From an uncultured Bacteriovoracaceae bacterium (GTDB lineage: Bacteria; Bdellovibrionota; Bacteriovoracia; Bacteriovoracales; Bacteriovoracaceae), in contig CAYNWL010000002.1 in assembly GCA_964400895.1 (NCBI GenBank), positions 398,084 to 462,083 of the forward strand: a DNA stretch of 64,000 nucleotides, read 5' to 3'. A model generated the notes under the pieces. The model made no database searches, was not told where the DNA came from, and saw only the letters and a program-made list of their open reading frames with translations. Shown in pieces: positions 27,345-37,063 of the stretch. The first letter of the stretch is position 1; each line of letters begins with the position of its first letter. The position numbers and the translations under genes were made by a program.

Positions 27345-30300
27345 ACCCGATCCTGGATAGGTGTAAGTGGGAACCGAGCAGGTGGGAGTTCCAGTGGTTT
27401 TATTATCCCAATCCTCGTAAGCGTTTTCTGGATAACCAAACGGATCAGTGGTGCCCACATCAATTGGATTACCAGTAAAATTCATAATATCAGTCCCATC
27501 CTTTGCTTTAAAGTCATGGTCCCACTCCCTAATTAAAAGATTGATTTGGCCAATAATATTAGCTGCGCCATCAAGACACCTAATCGCGTAAACCCCATTA
27601 CCACCCGAAAATGGTGAGTTGACACCTTGGGCCCCAGCGGGATTTCTATTCATACCAACATTAAACCAAGTACTCATATTATATTCATAAACGTTTCCAT
27701 TAAAAGGAGTACAAGAATTTGTCCTGGAGAAATTAGAAAGGTAAATATTGGTCTGGTAATTTTTGGATAAAGGAGATGAATAAGTAAATTGGATGGGGTC
27801 TACACCCACCTTTAAGGCATATCCTCTTAGAGGGGTTCCAAATCTTCCTGTTAATTTGGATTGCGGAAAATTCAAATCATCTTTTGCTGGACCGTTTATG
27901 CAATTGATCTGTTCTCCCCCACATTCATAATCTGGTCCAGGAATTCCTGCAGTTGAAAAGCAGTTAGAATTGTTTGCAAAACTACCGGTTGTGGCCCAAG
28001 AACCTCCATTTGCAACACATTGAGATCTATTAGCACCTGCCGCACCGTTGCAAGCTCCATAGTTGTCTGAACAAGTCCCTGCATCAGTTTCAGGCCGGAT
28101 AAGGTAGCATTGATTGTTAATAAATGCATTTCTACTGTTCCAAGCCTGGTTGGCATTCAAGCAATTGGCCCTGGTGACCAAGGCAGCATTAGAACAATAA
28201 GCAGCAGCATCGAAACATCCATTAAAACCACCAGCTATCGCAAGGGGAGTTGCGGTGTTGTAACAAACTCCTTGGAGAGTATAATCTCTTTGAATAGTAC
28301 TGACTTTACCATCATCGCATTGAACCCCACCTTGATTACCCAGGCATTGATTGCTAGGTGGTCCGTTTGGAAATTCCGCTATAGTACCAGTTGGTTGTCC
28401 AGGCGCGCATAAAATATTCTGGTAATCACCTGTATGTTGCATTACTGGAGCAGCTGGATTTGGTACAGTTTTAATGTATTGTGATTGATAAAAAAAGTAA
28501 GGAACGTGCTCAACATATACACACAAATTTGAACCCACATTAACCTGTAATTCCAGACCATTCTGGTAAAGGTCACCCTCACCTACATCATAAAGGCAAT
28601 TAATATTTTTCCCTCTGGAATTTGCTGTGGCCTGGGATTTAATTTGTTCTTGTGTGATTCTACATGGAAATCTTGAATACCCTTGACCGGATTTATGAAG
28701 AATTCCGGTGATATTACCATCGGTGCCTGTAATATCGGAAATGGAGAATACCTCTCTTACGGCCAGGCCAAAGGTAAAGGAGGTTGTTCCTAAAAAGTTA
28801 GATGCTACTATAGTGTAATTTTTAAGAGCAGAAGCAACTGGACCTGGTGCCACCACAGAAATTTGTCCTGTGCTGGTGTCTAGGCTTAACCCTGAGGGTA
28901 GGGCAGGGTTTATTGCATAAGTTACGCCATTATTTGGAGGAGAATTAATGGAAGGTTGTATTCCACTTGTTCCATATCTATCCAAATAAAATATCGGATT
29001 TGAGGTTACATTGTTAATCACGGAAGAACCTTGGGATGCATCTGTAGAATTTGTTGGGTTTAATCTAAAAAGATTTAGGCTACTTAAGAATTTTCCGTTT
29101 GCAACAGAAACTGAAACATTATTGCCGCTAGCGGAGTTGGCCATGGCGGCAGAATTTAAATAGCTTAACATGGTATTAGGAATTGCTCCTTGATAATTCC
29201 AAGTTACTCCGTTTGACACAAATACTGCCGTGTAATCCTTAGATAAAGCTGTAGGATTAACTAAATTAGTTCTATCAGTTTGAATTGTTACCCCAAAATC
29301 CGAAGTCCTATTTATATAAAATACTGAACCGGAGACCCTAACTGCTGGAGTATAGATATTGGCCGTCCAACATGCATTTCGTGGATTTACCCCATTAAAC
29401 CCTGCTCCTAACGGCATTGGATTTGCCCATAAAGCAGCTGAACAATCCAAAACCTGGGTTGGAACATTTGAGGTTACATCATATCCAGGAGAAAAAGTCG
29501 TAGCATTATTTTGATTAATAGTTACATTATCTCCAATTATCCCATAAATATTTGCAGAAGACCCACTTCCTCCACTCGAGGTTGCAAGAGCGGAAATAGC
29601 AGGATTTCCATTATTGCTGAAACTGGTTAAGGGGTTTGAGGAGTCAGTAGTATTAATTAGTGAAACCCAAAGTGCATTTTGATTTGGATCTATATAATTT
29701 ATAATTCCCCTTGAATTCGTTGGGGCAGTAGAAAAAACCTCCTCATCTCTTTTGAAATTTGAAAGATTATTTACAATTATCCCCATTGAATTATATCTGG
29801 CCCTAATGATCTCACCTTTCTGATAAGTAAATGGGAATACATTGTCGATATCTTCACCTTCTTGGAATTGTCCAGAAGTTGCTCTAACGACTAAAATTTT
29901 ATTTGTTCCGGTATAAGTGGGAGTTCCTGTTTGTGGTGAACTGGTAAATTTATAAGTTATTACACCTACACCGTTACCATCTGAAGAAACTAAATCTCCG
30001 ATATCAAAAGCTGAATCATCATCAACTTCCAATAGCACATCACTATTATAACTTAAGTTTTTGGGGATATCTTCAAAGCTAATTGCTGTGGTAGTATTGA
30101 GGGTAACCCCAGTTAAGCTTGTAACAGAAACGGTAAAAGTTCTACCTGGAAAGGTTTTTTGGGGATTATCTGCTCCAAAGACACCAGTTCTTCTATTAAA
30201 CCATAATTCGTCTTTATATTCAGTTAGAAATTTTGCACTTGTGGTCCATGTTCCTGCAGTTGGAGTCGCAGAGGCGCAGGCGATTGCATTTGTATATGCT

Positions 30301-31835
30301 GGTATAGAGCAAGTTCCATGAGCATTGGTGCAAGAAGCAGCATCTAAAGGATCGTTTGTATTTTCTATAAAATAGGTCGTTGGAGTACTAGCAATACTTT
30401 GGCAAAGGTGGGGAAGTTCTGGTTCAGATTTCCAGGTCAGAGTTAGCTTATCAGAATCGGTTAAATTTGGTGAAAGGATTGGAGGAAAATTAAATGGAGA
30501 TTTTATTTTATGTACTAAAATTGGCTCAGCTGCTCCTATGGTTGTGGCCGGTAAAATATAAGGGTAACCATTATCAACTAATTCATTTGCTTTAAAAGAT
30601 GAGGAGCTATTTAAATCAATATCTACAAGAGTTATATTTTGGGTACCACCAGCACCACCATTTCCTGCAACAGTTAGGTTACCAATTACCGTTCCAACCG
30701 TTCCATCTTTATTGGAAATTTTGCCACCGGCTGGAAAGGTATTAATGTCAGTTAATTCTAATACTATACGATCTCCTCCTCTATAAGCATATTCCACTTT
30801 GTCTGGAGAAGTTGGCGTGGCAACTGCCAAAACTTGCAAATTAAGAATGACGTTTGCAGTTTGGTTTATAATGTTTTTTACGGTGACCGTATATTGTGTG
30901 TTTGGAAGTTGAGCCGTTGGAGTTCCTGAAATCTGCCCTGTGGTTGAATTAAAATTTATACCGGTTGGTAATTTTGGTGAAATTGCGAATTGTGGAAGTT
31001 GTGAGCTAATTTCTGGCGGATTAACTATGGGAGTCATATTAGTGATACCCGTAGTGGTAGTAAATCCATATACCACCTTGTTTATGGTGGATTGTTCGAT
31101 AAAGTAGCTGGATTTGTTATCAATTTTGTCACCAACATTGAAATTAGGACAAACACCATTAGGAGATGTACAGGAAACTGTGGCATAAATTATTCTATTT
31201 TTTTGATCTACAGAGGTTACTGTACCTTTGGAATTATTCTGGCCAGAAATGGGATCTCCCACGGCAAAGTTTTGTGGAGTACTTACTTCCAATAAAAGAT
31301 TTTGCCCATTTTTTTGGGGATAGATCAAAGCTTCAGGCCGAGTTGCCATACTAATCATAATTTTTGTCTGAATGGGTGTAATGGCACCTAAGGGAAGAGC
31401 ATTAATAGTATATGTATTATGATTAATAAATTGATTGGGCCTTCCTGAAATTATTCCTGTGTTTGGATCCATCGATAAAGTATTAGGCCAGACGGTCTTT
31501 GTTGAAACTCCATTTACATCCTGAACTTGGGCCAAGGAAAAAGTAATAAAGCCTTCGGTAATCTCTCCTCCGCCAGTTGAAATGGGAACCAAATCTGTAA
31601 TGGTTGAAGATGCATCTTTTGTCAGATTGAATTCATATACTGGAGGTTCAGGTGTATAAGCTATGGAAGTAGGAGCAGGTGGATTGTTTGTGCTTGGCTG
31701 ACCCGGTACTGCACCACTGGTGCCAGAATTTTGCGAGGATGGAGGCGCCAAATTCCAGTTAGTAAAACTGTCCGGGATACAACCTGAAATTAGAAAAATG
31801 GTTAAAGTTAAAAACGTGGTATTTAGTATTTTCAT
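27339..31835 (-). CDS. giant surface lipoprotein with putative-Ig (He_PIG-like) repeats and a Cys-rich C-terminal third
   Basis: Lipobox FLISGC. Three segments match the LPxGLxxxxxTGxISGxP pattern, e.g. PKLPTGINFNSTTGQISGTP and NPALPSGLSLDTSTGQIS. Three copies of C-x6-C-x10-C-x6-9-W. No other family recognised. Confidence 0.6.
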   Translation of the reverse strand: MKILNTTFLTLTIFLISGCIPDSFTNWNLAPPSSQNSGTSGAVPGQPSTNNPPAPTSIAYTPEPPVYEFNLTKDASSTITDLVPISTGGGEITEGFITFSLAQVQDVNGVSTKTVWPNTLSMDPNTGIISGRPNQFINHNTYTINALPLGAITPIQTKIMISMATRPEALIYPQKNGQNLLLEVSTPQNFAVGDPISGQNNSKGTVTSVDQKNRIIYATVSCTSPNGVCPNFNVGDKIDNKSSYFIEQSTINKVVYGFTTTTGITNMTPIVNPPEISSQLPQFAISPKLPTGINFNSTTGQISGTPTAQLPNTQYTVTVKNIINQTANVILNLQVLAVATPTSPDKVEYAYRGGDRIVLELTDINTFPAGGKISNKDGTVGTVIGNLTVAGNGGAGGTQNITLVDIDLNSSSSFKANELVDNGYPYILPATTIGAAEPILVHKIKSPFNFPPILSPNLTDSDKLTLTWKSEPELPHLCQSIASTPTTYFIENTNDPLDAASCTNAHGTCSIPAYTNAIACASATPTAGTWTTSAKFLTEYKDELWFNRRTGVFGADNPQKTFPGRTFTVSVTSLTGVTLNTTTAISFEDIPKNLSYNSDVLLEVDDDSAFDIGDLVSSDGNGVGVITYKFTSSPQTGTPTYTGTNKILVVRATSGQFQEGEDIDNVFPFTYQKGEIIRARYNSMGIIVNNLSNFKRDEEVFSTAPTNSRGIINYIDPNQNALWVSLINTTDSSNPLTSFSNNGNPAISALATSSGGSGSSANIYGIIGDNVTINQNNATTFSPGYDVTSNVPTQVLDCSAALWANPMPLGAGFNGVNPRNACWTANIYTPAVRVSGSVFYINRTSDFGVTIQTDRTNLVNPTALSKDYTAVFVSNGVTWNYQGAIPNTMLSYLNSAAMANSASGNNVSVSVANGKFLSSLNLFRLNPTNSTDASQGSSVINNVTSNPIFYLDRYGTSGIQPSINSPPNNGVTYAINPALPSGLSLDTSTGQISVVAPGPVASALKNYTIVASNFLGTTSFTFGLAVREVFSISDITGTDGNITGILHKSGQGYSRFPCRITQEQIKSQATANSRGKNINCLYDVGEGDLYQNGLELQVNVGSNLCVYVEHVPYFFYQSQYIKTVPNPAAPVMQHTGDYQNILCAPGQPTGTIAEFPNGPPSNQCLGNQGGVQCDDGKVSTIQRDYTLQGVCYNTATPLAIAGGFNGCFDAAAYCSNAALVTRANCLNANQAWNSRNAFINNQCYLIRPETDAGTCSDNYGACNGAAGANRSQCVANGGSWATTGSFANNSNCFSTAGIPGPDYECGGEQINCINGPAKDDLNFPQSKLTGRFGTPLRGYALKVGVDPIQFTYSSPLSKNYQTNIYLSNFSRTNSCTPFNGNVYEYNMSTWFNVGMNRNPAGAQGVNSPFSGGNGVYAIRCLDGAANIIGQINLLIREWDHDFKAKDGTDIMNFTGNPIDVGTTDPFGYPENAYEDWDNKTTGTPTCSVPTYTYPGSGL

Positions 31836-31883
31836 ACCTTTATATCGACACCTTGATAAAATTTGTTTATTGGCAGGAGGAGT

Positions 31884-31901
31884 AGGAAGATATTTCTTCC
31901 T
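31884..31901. promoter_or_regulatory. 7-bp perfect inverted repeat in the divergent intergenic region
   Basis: aggaaga-tatt-tcttcct lies between the giant lipoprotein gene and the sigma-54 activator gene. Function unknown. Confidence 0.2.
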
Positions 31902-31961
31902 GGGTGTTTAATCTGAAAATTTTGAGGACAAAATAGGATTTTCTTATCTATTTTGTCAGAA

Positions 31962-33260
31962 ATGAAATTTTTAATTTTGGATAGGGATGATTATTTTCCT
32001 AAGGAAATAACGATTAGTCTTAGGGCCAAGGGTGAGGTTTTTCAGTCCGATAATTTTGATGAAATAAACAATTTGTTGGAAGGCCAACTTTTTAAAATAG
32101 TTTTTTTATGTCAAAGGGGTTTTGAAACAGAATCCTTTTTTAATTTGTTGAAATCATTAAAAGATAAAAATTTATCTTTTGTGGTTTACTCGGATTTAAA
32201 GAGTACTGATTTTATAGCCAAATGTTATGAAATGGGATGCATTCACTTTATTTCTGGTCCAATTTCATCAAGTTTTATGGAAAACCTTTTATCAAAGACA
32301 AATTTAAGAGAATTTTTATCCAAAAGGATTAAAACCTATGATTTAGAATTTTGGTCCCAGGTTGAATTTTTAGACAATTTTGCCCTTCAAGAAAGACCAT
32401 TATTTATTACCGGTCCAACAGGCGTGGGAAAAACAAAAATAGCAGAAATTATTCATGAATATTTGTTTGGAACTAGGAAACCATTCATTGCTCTAAATTG
32501 TTCCGAAGTATCTGAATCTCTAATTGAATCAGAGTTATTTGGTTATAAAAAAGGTTCATTTACAGGTGCAATAGCGGATAAAAAGGGGCTGATATCCCTT
32601 GCAAATGGAGGAACATTATTTTTGGATGAGATTGCCACCATGCCCCTGGGCATCCAGAAAAAAATCCTAAAGGTCATAGATGATAAATCTTATTTACCTG
32701 TAGGTGGCGATAGAAGAGAGTATTCTGAATTTTTTCTAATTAGTGCGACCTGTGAAAATATGGAAGATTTGAAAAAGTCTGGACGGTTTAGAAGTGATCT
32801 TTTCTATAGAATAGAAGGGCAGGGCCTTACTATAAAGGGATTGAAGGAAAGGAAAGAGGATATTCTTCTTTTGATTGAATATTTTTTGGCCAAAGGGTCC
32901 AGAAAAATAGTTTTTTCAGAGGAGGCATTAGAAATTTTATTAAATTATGGCTGGCCGGGAAATGTTAGGGAGCTCTTAAATTTAGTGGAGTGTCTAAGGA
33001 TGGTAAGGGGAGGGATAATTTTAAAAGATCATTTGGGAAAAAAGTTTTTTAAAAATTCAAATCAAGTTAGATTATTTCAAGACCCCACTATGTATCAACT
33101 GGTTAGGGAAAATGGCCTGACCGAATTTATCCAGGCCCTTGAGGAGGATATCTTGGGACATTTTTATAAGACAAATAAAAAAAGAGTCAGAAAAACCACC
33201 ACGGATTTAAAAATTTCATCCAATACATTTTATAGAATAAAAAAAAGAATACCTGTATAA
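31962..33260 (+). CDS. sigma-54-dependent transcriptional activator (bEBP) with a degenerate receiver domain
   Basis: AAA+ core has Walker A GPTGVGKT, Walker B LFLDEI and the sigma-54 contact loop ESELFGYKKGSFTGA. There is a C-terminal HTH. In the N-terminal REC-like domain the expected phospho-acceptor position reads IVFLCQRG (no Asp). ATG at 31962 preferred over TTG at 31953. Confidence 0.8.
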   Translation: MKFLILDRDDYFPKEITISLRAKGEVFQSDNFDEINNLLEGQLFKIVFLCQRGFETESFFNLLKSLKDKNLSFVVYSDLKSTDFIAKCYEMGCIHFISGPISSSFMENLLSKTNLREFLSKRIKTYDLEFWSQVEFLDNFALQERPLFITGPTGVGKTKIAEIIHEYLFGTRKPFIALNCSEVSESLIESELFGYKKGSFTGAIADKKGLISLANGGTLFLDEIATMPLGIQKKILKVIDDKSYLPVGGDRREYSEFFLISATCENMEDLKKSGRFRSDLFYRIEGQGLTIKGLKERKEDILLLIEYFLAKGSRKIVFSEEALEILLNYGWPGNVRELLNLVECLRMVRGGIILKDHLGKKFFKNSNQVRLFQDPTMYQLVRENGLTEFIQALEEDILGHFYKTNKKRVRKTTTDLKISSNTFYRIKKRIPV

Positions 33261-33267
33261 TTTAAAC

Positions 33268-34047
33268 ATGATAAAAATTTTATGTTTATTGTTTTTTTTA
33301 AATGGTTGTTCCTATACCGAAAAATACAGGCCTGTATTAGAATCGATCTTAGGTAAAGATCTGGTAAATCAAATTTTTGGTGAACCTCCTGCTGAGATTC
33401 AAAAAGAAATCGTCCTACCTCCCATACCCCAGGTGGAAGTTAGTGCTACTTCTTTAAAGAGTAATATTGAGGAAGAAAATATTAATAAAAATGCTATTCC
33501 CTTTCAAAAAATTCGAGATTTAAATATTCTATATATTCGGGAGCTTTACCGAGAAGTTTTGGGCGTAGAAGTAGATCAGAAAAATTTATCCAGTTGGATT
33601 AATGTTTTGGAACAAGGCGGGACTCGTGAGGGAGTTTATCGGGCCATTATAAACAATGTAGAATATTTCAAGTTATTTGAAAAACCCTTACCACTAACCG
33701 ACAATACCATTGAATTTGTAGAATATTTTACCAAAAAATATTTAAATATTACCTATGATAAAAGCACGTTGGAAAAGGTAAACTTCTATCAGTTAAAAAG
33801 TGATTTAACCGACAATGCTCTTGAAATAATGGATGCTTTTTCTCCCCGGTTTAATGAACTCTATGACTGGTATGCAGTTTTCTCAGCGGAAATTGCCGAA
33901 AAATATCCATTCACCATTAACAATGAAACAAGAAAAAATTTAAGTAAAGAATTTCACCGAAAATGGGCTCAATCGGTTCCTATCCAATTGATTAAGTCTG
34001 AAATGATCATTAAACTTCAGAAAGTTTTGAACCATTTGAATAAATAA
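33268..34047 (+). CDS. lipoprotein with DUF4214-like segment (hypothetical)
   Basis: Lipobox FFLNGC. ELYREVLGVEVDQKNLSSWINVLEQGGTREGVYRAIINNVEY resembles the DUF4214 repeat. 7-bp gap after the bEBP gene suggests co-transcription. Confidence 0.45.
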   Translation: MIKILCLLFFLNGCSYTEKYRPVLESILGKDLVNQIFGEPPAEIQKEIVLPPIPQVEVSATSLKSNIEEENINKNAIPFQKIRDLNILYIRELYREVLGVEVDQKNLSSWINVLEQGGTREGVYRAIINNVEYFKLFEKPLPLTDNTIEFVEYFTKKYLNITYDKSTLEKVNFYQLKSDLTDNALEIMDAFSPRFNELYDWYAVFSAEIAEKYPFTINNETRKNLSKEFHRKWAQSVPIQLIKSEMIIKLQKVLNHLNK

Positions 34048-34049
34048 GA

Positions 34050-34985
34050 TTATTCCCAAAAAGGATTTTCAATTCCAGTAAGTGCGGATAAAAATCTTTC
34101 CACCCCTAATGCAATTCCACTTGATGGTGGTATACCTTTGTCCATGGCCGACTGAAACTTTTTTGGAAAGGGGAGAGAATAATTATATCGGTTTTTTTTG
34201 TCTTGGTTTTGATCTTGCAATCTCTTTTTTTGTTCATGGGGATTGGTTAGTTCATTAAAGGAATTACAAAGCTCCATTCCCCTCCAATAAATTTCAAATC
34301 TTTCACAAACCCGGGGATCTTCTTTTTTTAAGGTGGAATAAGCAGATAATGGAGCTGGATATTCATAGATTAAAAGAGGAGATTTTGTTTCAAGCTTGGG
34401 CTCCACTAAATTTAAAAAGAGTAGAAAAAAATAATCATCCCACTCTAGCTCCTCCTTTGGGATAGGAACTTCTGGAAATTGATTTCTAATTAGATTGGCC
34501 AATTTTTCCCTTTCCAAATAATTTAGGATATCCAAATTTAGGGTTTCAAGAAAAATTTCCTGGACTGTTTTCTTTTTAATTTGGCCAAAATCTTGGTTTT
34601 TGGGAAAGTGTTTTTGACAGAAGTTTATTAATTTCTGGCAATCTTCCATAATTTTTTCATATCTCTCATTTGCCCTGTACCATTCGAGCATTAAAAATTG
34701 TGGGCGATGGATGGGAGAATCCTGCTCATCTCTAAAACAATAAGAGACTGTAAATATTTTTTCCATTCCCTGAGAAAGGAGTTCTTTCATGCAAAATTCT
34801 GGTGATGAATGAAGAAAAAGGGGCACATCCTTTCCATTTTTAATACTTTTTAATTGGAAGGGATGGATATGGGTTTCCATTCCTGGGTTTTCCACGGCTG
34901 GTGGAGTGAGCACATCGATAAATCCTTCCTGTTTGAAAAAAGATCTTATGATCTCAATAAGTTTAAATCTTTCATGATGGCCCAT
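34050..34985 (-). CDS. epmA: EF-P lysine aminoacylase (truncated class II LysRS paralogue)
   Basis: 311 aa with no anticodon-binding domain. Class II motifs SSPEFCMKELL, CFRDEQDSPIHRPQFLMLEWY and GIALGVERFL. Confidence 0.7.
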   Translation of the reverse strand: MGHHERFKLIEIIRSFFKQEGFIDVLTPPAVENPGMETHIHPFQLKSIKNGKDVPLFLHSSPEFCMKELLSQGMEKIFTVSYCFRDEQDSPIHRPQFLMLEWYRANERYEKIMEDCQKLINFCQKHFPKNQDFGQIKKKTVQEIFLETLNLDILNYLEREKLANLIRNQFPEVPIPKEELEWDDYFFLLFLNLVEPKLETKSPLLIYEYPAPLSAYSTLKKEDPRVCERFEIYWRGMELCNSFNELTNPHEQKKRLQDQNQDKKNRYNYSLPFPKKFQSAMDKGIPPSSGIALGVERFLSALTGIENPFWE

Positions 34986-35066
34986 GAGTGGAACTTACAA
35001 TAACAAATCTTTATTGCAAAGCATAAGCTTTCCAAAAATATGCAATTGTGTTAGCTAGACCCTCCT

Positions 35067-36134
35067 ATGAATCAAATAATGAGTTATATGCCCTATATTT
35101 TTGGCGTTATTATTGTACTTTCACTTTTATTTTTTCTTAGAAAGAAAAAACAACCTGAAAAATTTGAAGCACCGGCCATTGTTCCTGAAGTACCTAAGGT
35201 ACCAGAAGTTAAAATTACCTGGACCGACCGGCTTAAAAATGGGCTTTCCAGATCTAGGTCTGAAGTTTGGGGAAAATTAAGTGGGCTTTTTAGCGGTGAA
35301 ACCCTTCCCTTAGATGATATTGAAGAACTTCTTTATGGATCCGATTTAGGCCCTAAAACGGTTCAAGAACTAGTTGGGCAACTTGAAGGGAGAAATGACC
35401 TAACAGATTCCGAAAAATTTAAAGATTTCCTTTTTAATTTTTTAAAAGAAAAAATTAAAGGAATACAGGATAAAGTAGATCCTTCTTTAATCAAGTTTGA
35501 TCCTAATGCCCCCAAGGGACTTCCAAAAGTAATTATGATTGTAGGTGTAAACGGAGTGGGAAAAACCACCACGATTGGAAAGCTTGCCATGAAATTAACC
35601 TCACAAGGGGCCAAGGTAGTTGTCGGTGCAGGTGATACCTTTAGAGCGGCTGCTGTAGATCAATTGGAAGTTTGGTGTAAAAAGGCAAATGCTGAAATTT
35701 TGAGGGCCAAGGAAGGAAGTGGTCCAAGCGGAGTGGCATATGGTGCTCTAGAACGGGCCATAAATGTGAAAGCTGATTATTGCATTCTTGATACTGCGGG
35801 GCGTTTGCACAATAAAGAAAATTTAATGGAAGAGCTTAAAAAGTCCAAAGAAGTGCTAAAAAAATTAGACCCAAGTGCTCCTCAGCATGTAGTTTTGGTT
35901 ATCGATGCAATTTCTGGACAAAATGCAATACGTCAAGCTGAGGAATTTAATAAATATCTAGGTTTAACAGGGATCATTTTTACCAAATGTGATGGTTCCT
36001 CCAAAGCAGGTGCAGCGGTGCCGATAGTTCAGGATTTAAAAGTTCCCATTATATATATTGGGGTTGGGGAATCTGTGGAGGATTTGAATCCCTTCCAGCT
36101 AGATGATTATTTAAAGGCCCTTTTGGGTCTTTAA
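35067..36134 (+). CDS. ftsY: signal recognition particle receptor
   Basis: N-terminal TM/acidic region, then an NG domain with GVNGVGKTTTIGKLA, DTAGRL and TKCDGS. Confidence 0.9.
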   Translation: MNQIMSYMPYIFGVIIVLSLLFFLRKKKQPEKFEAPAIVPEVPKVPEVKITWTDRLKNGLSRSRSEVWGKLSGLFSGETLPLDDIEELLYGSDLGPKTVQELVGQLEGRNDLTDSEKFKDFLFNFLKEKIKGIQDKVDPSLIKFDPNAPKGLPKVIMIVGVNGVGKTTTIGKLAMKLTSQGAKVVVGAGDTFRAAAVDQLEVWCKKANAEILRAKEGSGPSGVAYGALERAINVKADYCILDTAGRLHNKENLMEELKKSKEVLKKLDPSAPQHVVLVIDAISGQNAIRQAEEFNKYLGLTGIIFTKCDGSSKAGAAVPIVQDLKVPIIYIGVGESVEDLNPFQLDDYLKALLGL

Positions 36135-36171
36135 TTGACGATAAAATGAAGAAAAGGTAGTCTTTCAATAG

Positions 36172-36474
36172 ATGAATTATAATGAAGGAAAAAGCGAATT
36201 TAACGTACTTGGTTACAAAGTAATTTTTCGGCCAGATAATGACGGATCTACCCATTCTCCCGAAAGAATAGCCAACTTTGTCCAAAATGAAGCAGATATA
36301 TTAAGAAAAACCATGCCAAATTTAGAACCTGGTCAAATTGCAATACTTTTGGCACTAAAATTTGCAAAAGAAAATTTAGATCTTAAGACGGAATTTAAAG
36401 ATAGTATCAATAAGCTTCATATGAGCGCCAAAGATGCCCTACAGTATCTTGAGGAAATAGCGCCCATTTCGTAA
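36172..36474 (+). CDS. zapA: cell division protein ZapA-like
   Basis: 100 aa. ZapA-like pattern (VLGYKVIF..., EPGQIAILLALKFAKENLDL). It sits directly upstream of a 5-formyl-THF cyclo-ligase gene, as in the E. coli zapA-ssrS-ygfA locus. Confidence 0.55.
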   Translation: MNYNEGKSEFNVLGYKVIFRPDNDGSTHSPERIANFVQNEADILRKTMPNLEPGQIAILLALKFAKENLDLKTEFKDSINKLHMSAKDALQYLEEIAPIS

Positions 36475-36511
36475 AATTCACCTTTTTCTTCCTTTTAAAA
36501 AGGTAATTTAG

Positions 36512-37063
36512 ATGGCCCTTTCTAAAGTTGAACTTAGAAAGACGATTAGAAATCTGCTTTCAAAGAAAACTAAGGAAGAGCAGGAAAAGCAAAGTTTGGA
36601 AATTTCCAAGCATTTAATTGAATTTTTGAAAAATGAAAATTCAAAAAACTATTGTTTAGGGGGCTATTCCCCAATTCAAGAGGAACCTATTTGGTTTAGT
36701 GCAATGAGGGATTTTCCAAAGCTTGCTTTCCCCAGAATTGAAAAAGAAAAAATGGATTTTTTTTTGGCCCCATTTTCTGAATTAAAAGAAAGGGGTGAGT
36801 ATTCTATTAAGGAGCCGGATCTTCATCATCAAAGGGTAACACCAGATGTTTTGTTGATTCCGGGAATTGCCTTCACTAAAAAAGGTCTTCGTCTCGGTAG
36901 AGGTGGAGGACACTATGACCGGTATCTTTCCGGTTTTAAGGGAATGAAGATTGGTATTTGTTTTGAATTGCAGATTGTAGATGACGTTTTGGCCCAACCC
37001 CATGACCAAAAAGTCGATTTTGTTGTTACAGAAAATGGGGTGATTGGTAACAGGAGTAAGTAA
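36512..37063 (+). CDS. 5-formyltetrahydrofolate cyclo-ligase
   Basis: LLIPGIAFTKKGLRLGRGGGHYDRYL block typical of MTHFS/YgfA. Confidence 0.8.
   Translation: MALSKVELRKTIRNLLSKKTKEEQEKQSLEISKHLIEFLKNENSKNYCLGGYSPIQEEPIWFSAMRDFPKLAFPRIEKEKMDFFLAPFSELKERGEYSIKEPDLHHQRVTPDVLLIPGIAFTKKGLRLGRGGGHYDRYLSGFKGMKIGICFELQIVDDVLAQPHDQKVDFVVTENGVIGNRSK

Noticed and set aside
28110-31354. Plus-strand ORFs inside the giant lipoprotein gene (28110..28412, 30061..30321, 31092..31295, 31166..31354)
   Set aside because: They are fully embedded antisense in a 4.5-kb ORF with coherent domain content. They have no RBS or recognisable motifs.
36346-36362. Sigma-54-like element TGGCAC-taaaat-TTGCA
   Set aside because: The GG-to-GC spacing is 11 nt instead of the canonical 10. 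It lies inside the zapA coding sequence, and no downstream gene needs it. Probably chance in AT-rich DNA.
36475-36511. Expected 6S RNA (ssrS) between zapA and the 5-formyl-THF cyclo-ligase gene, by analogy with the E. coli zapA-ssrS-ygfA locus
   Set aside because: The gap is only 37 bp, far too short for a ~180-nt 6S RNA. If present in this genome it must lie elsewhere.
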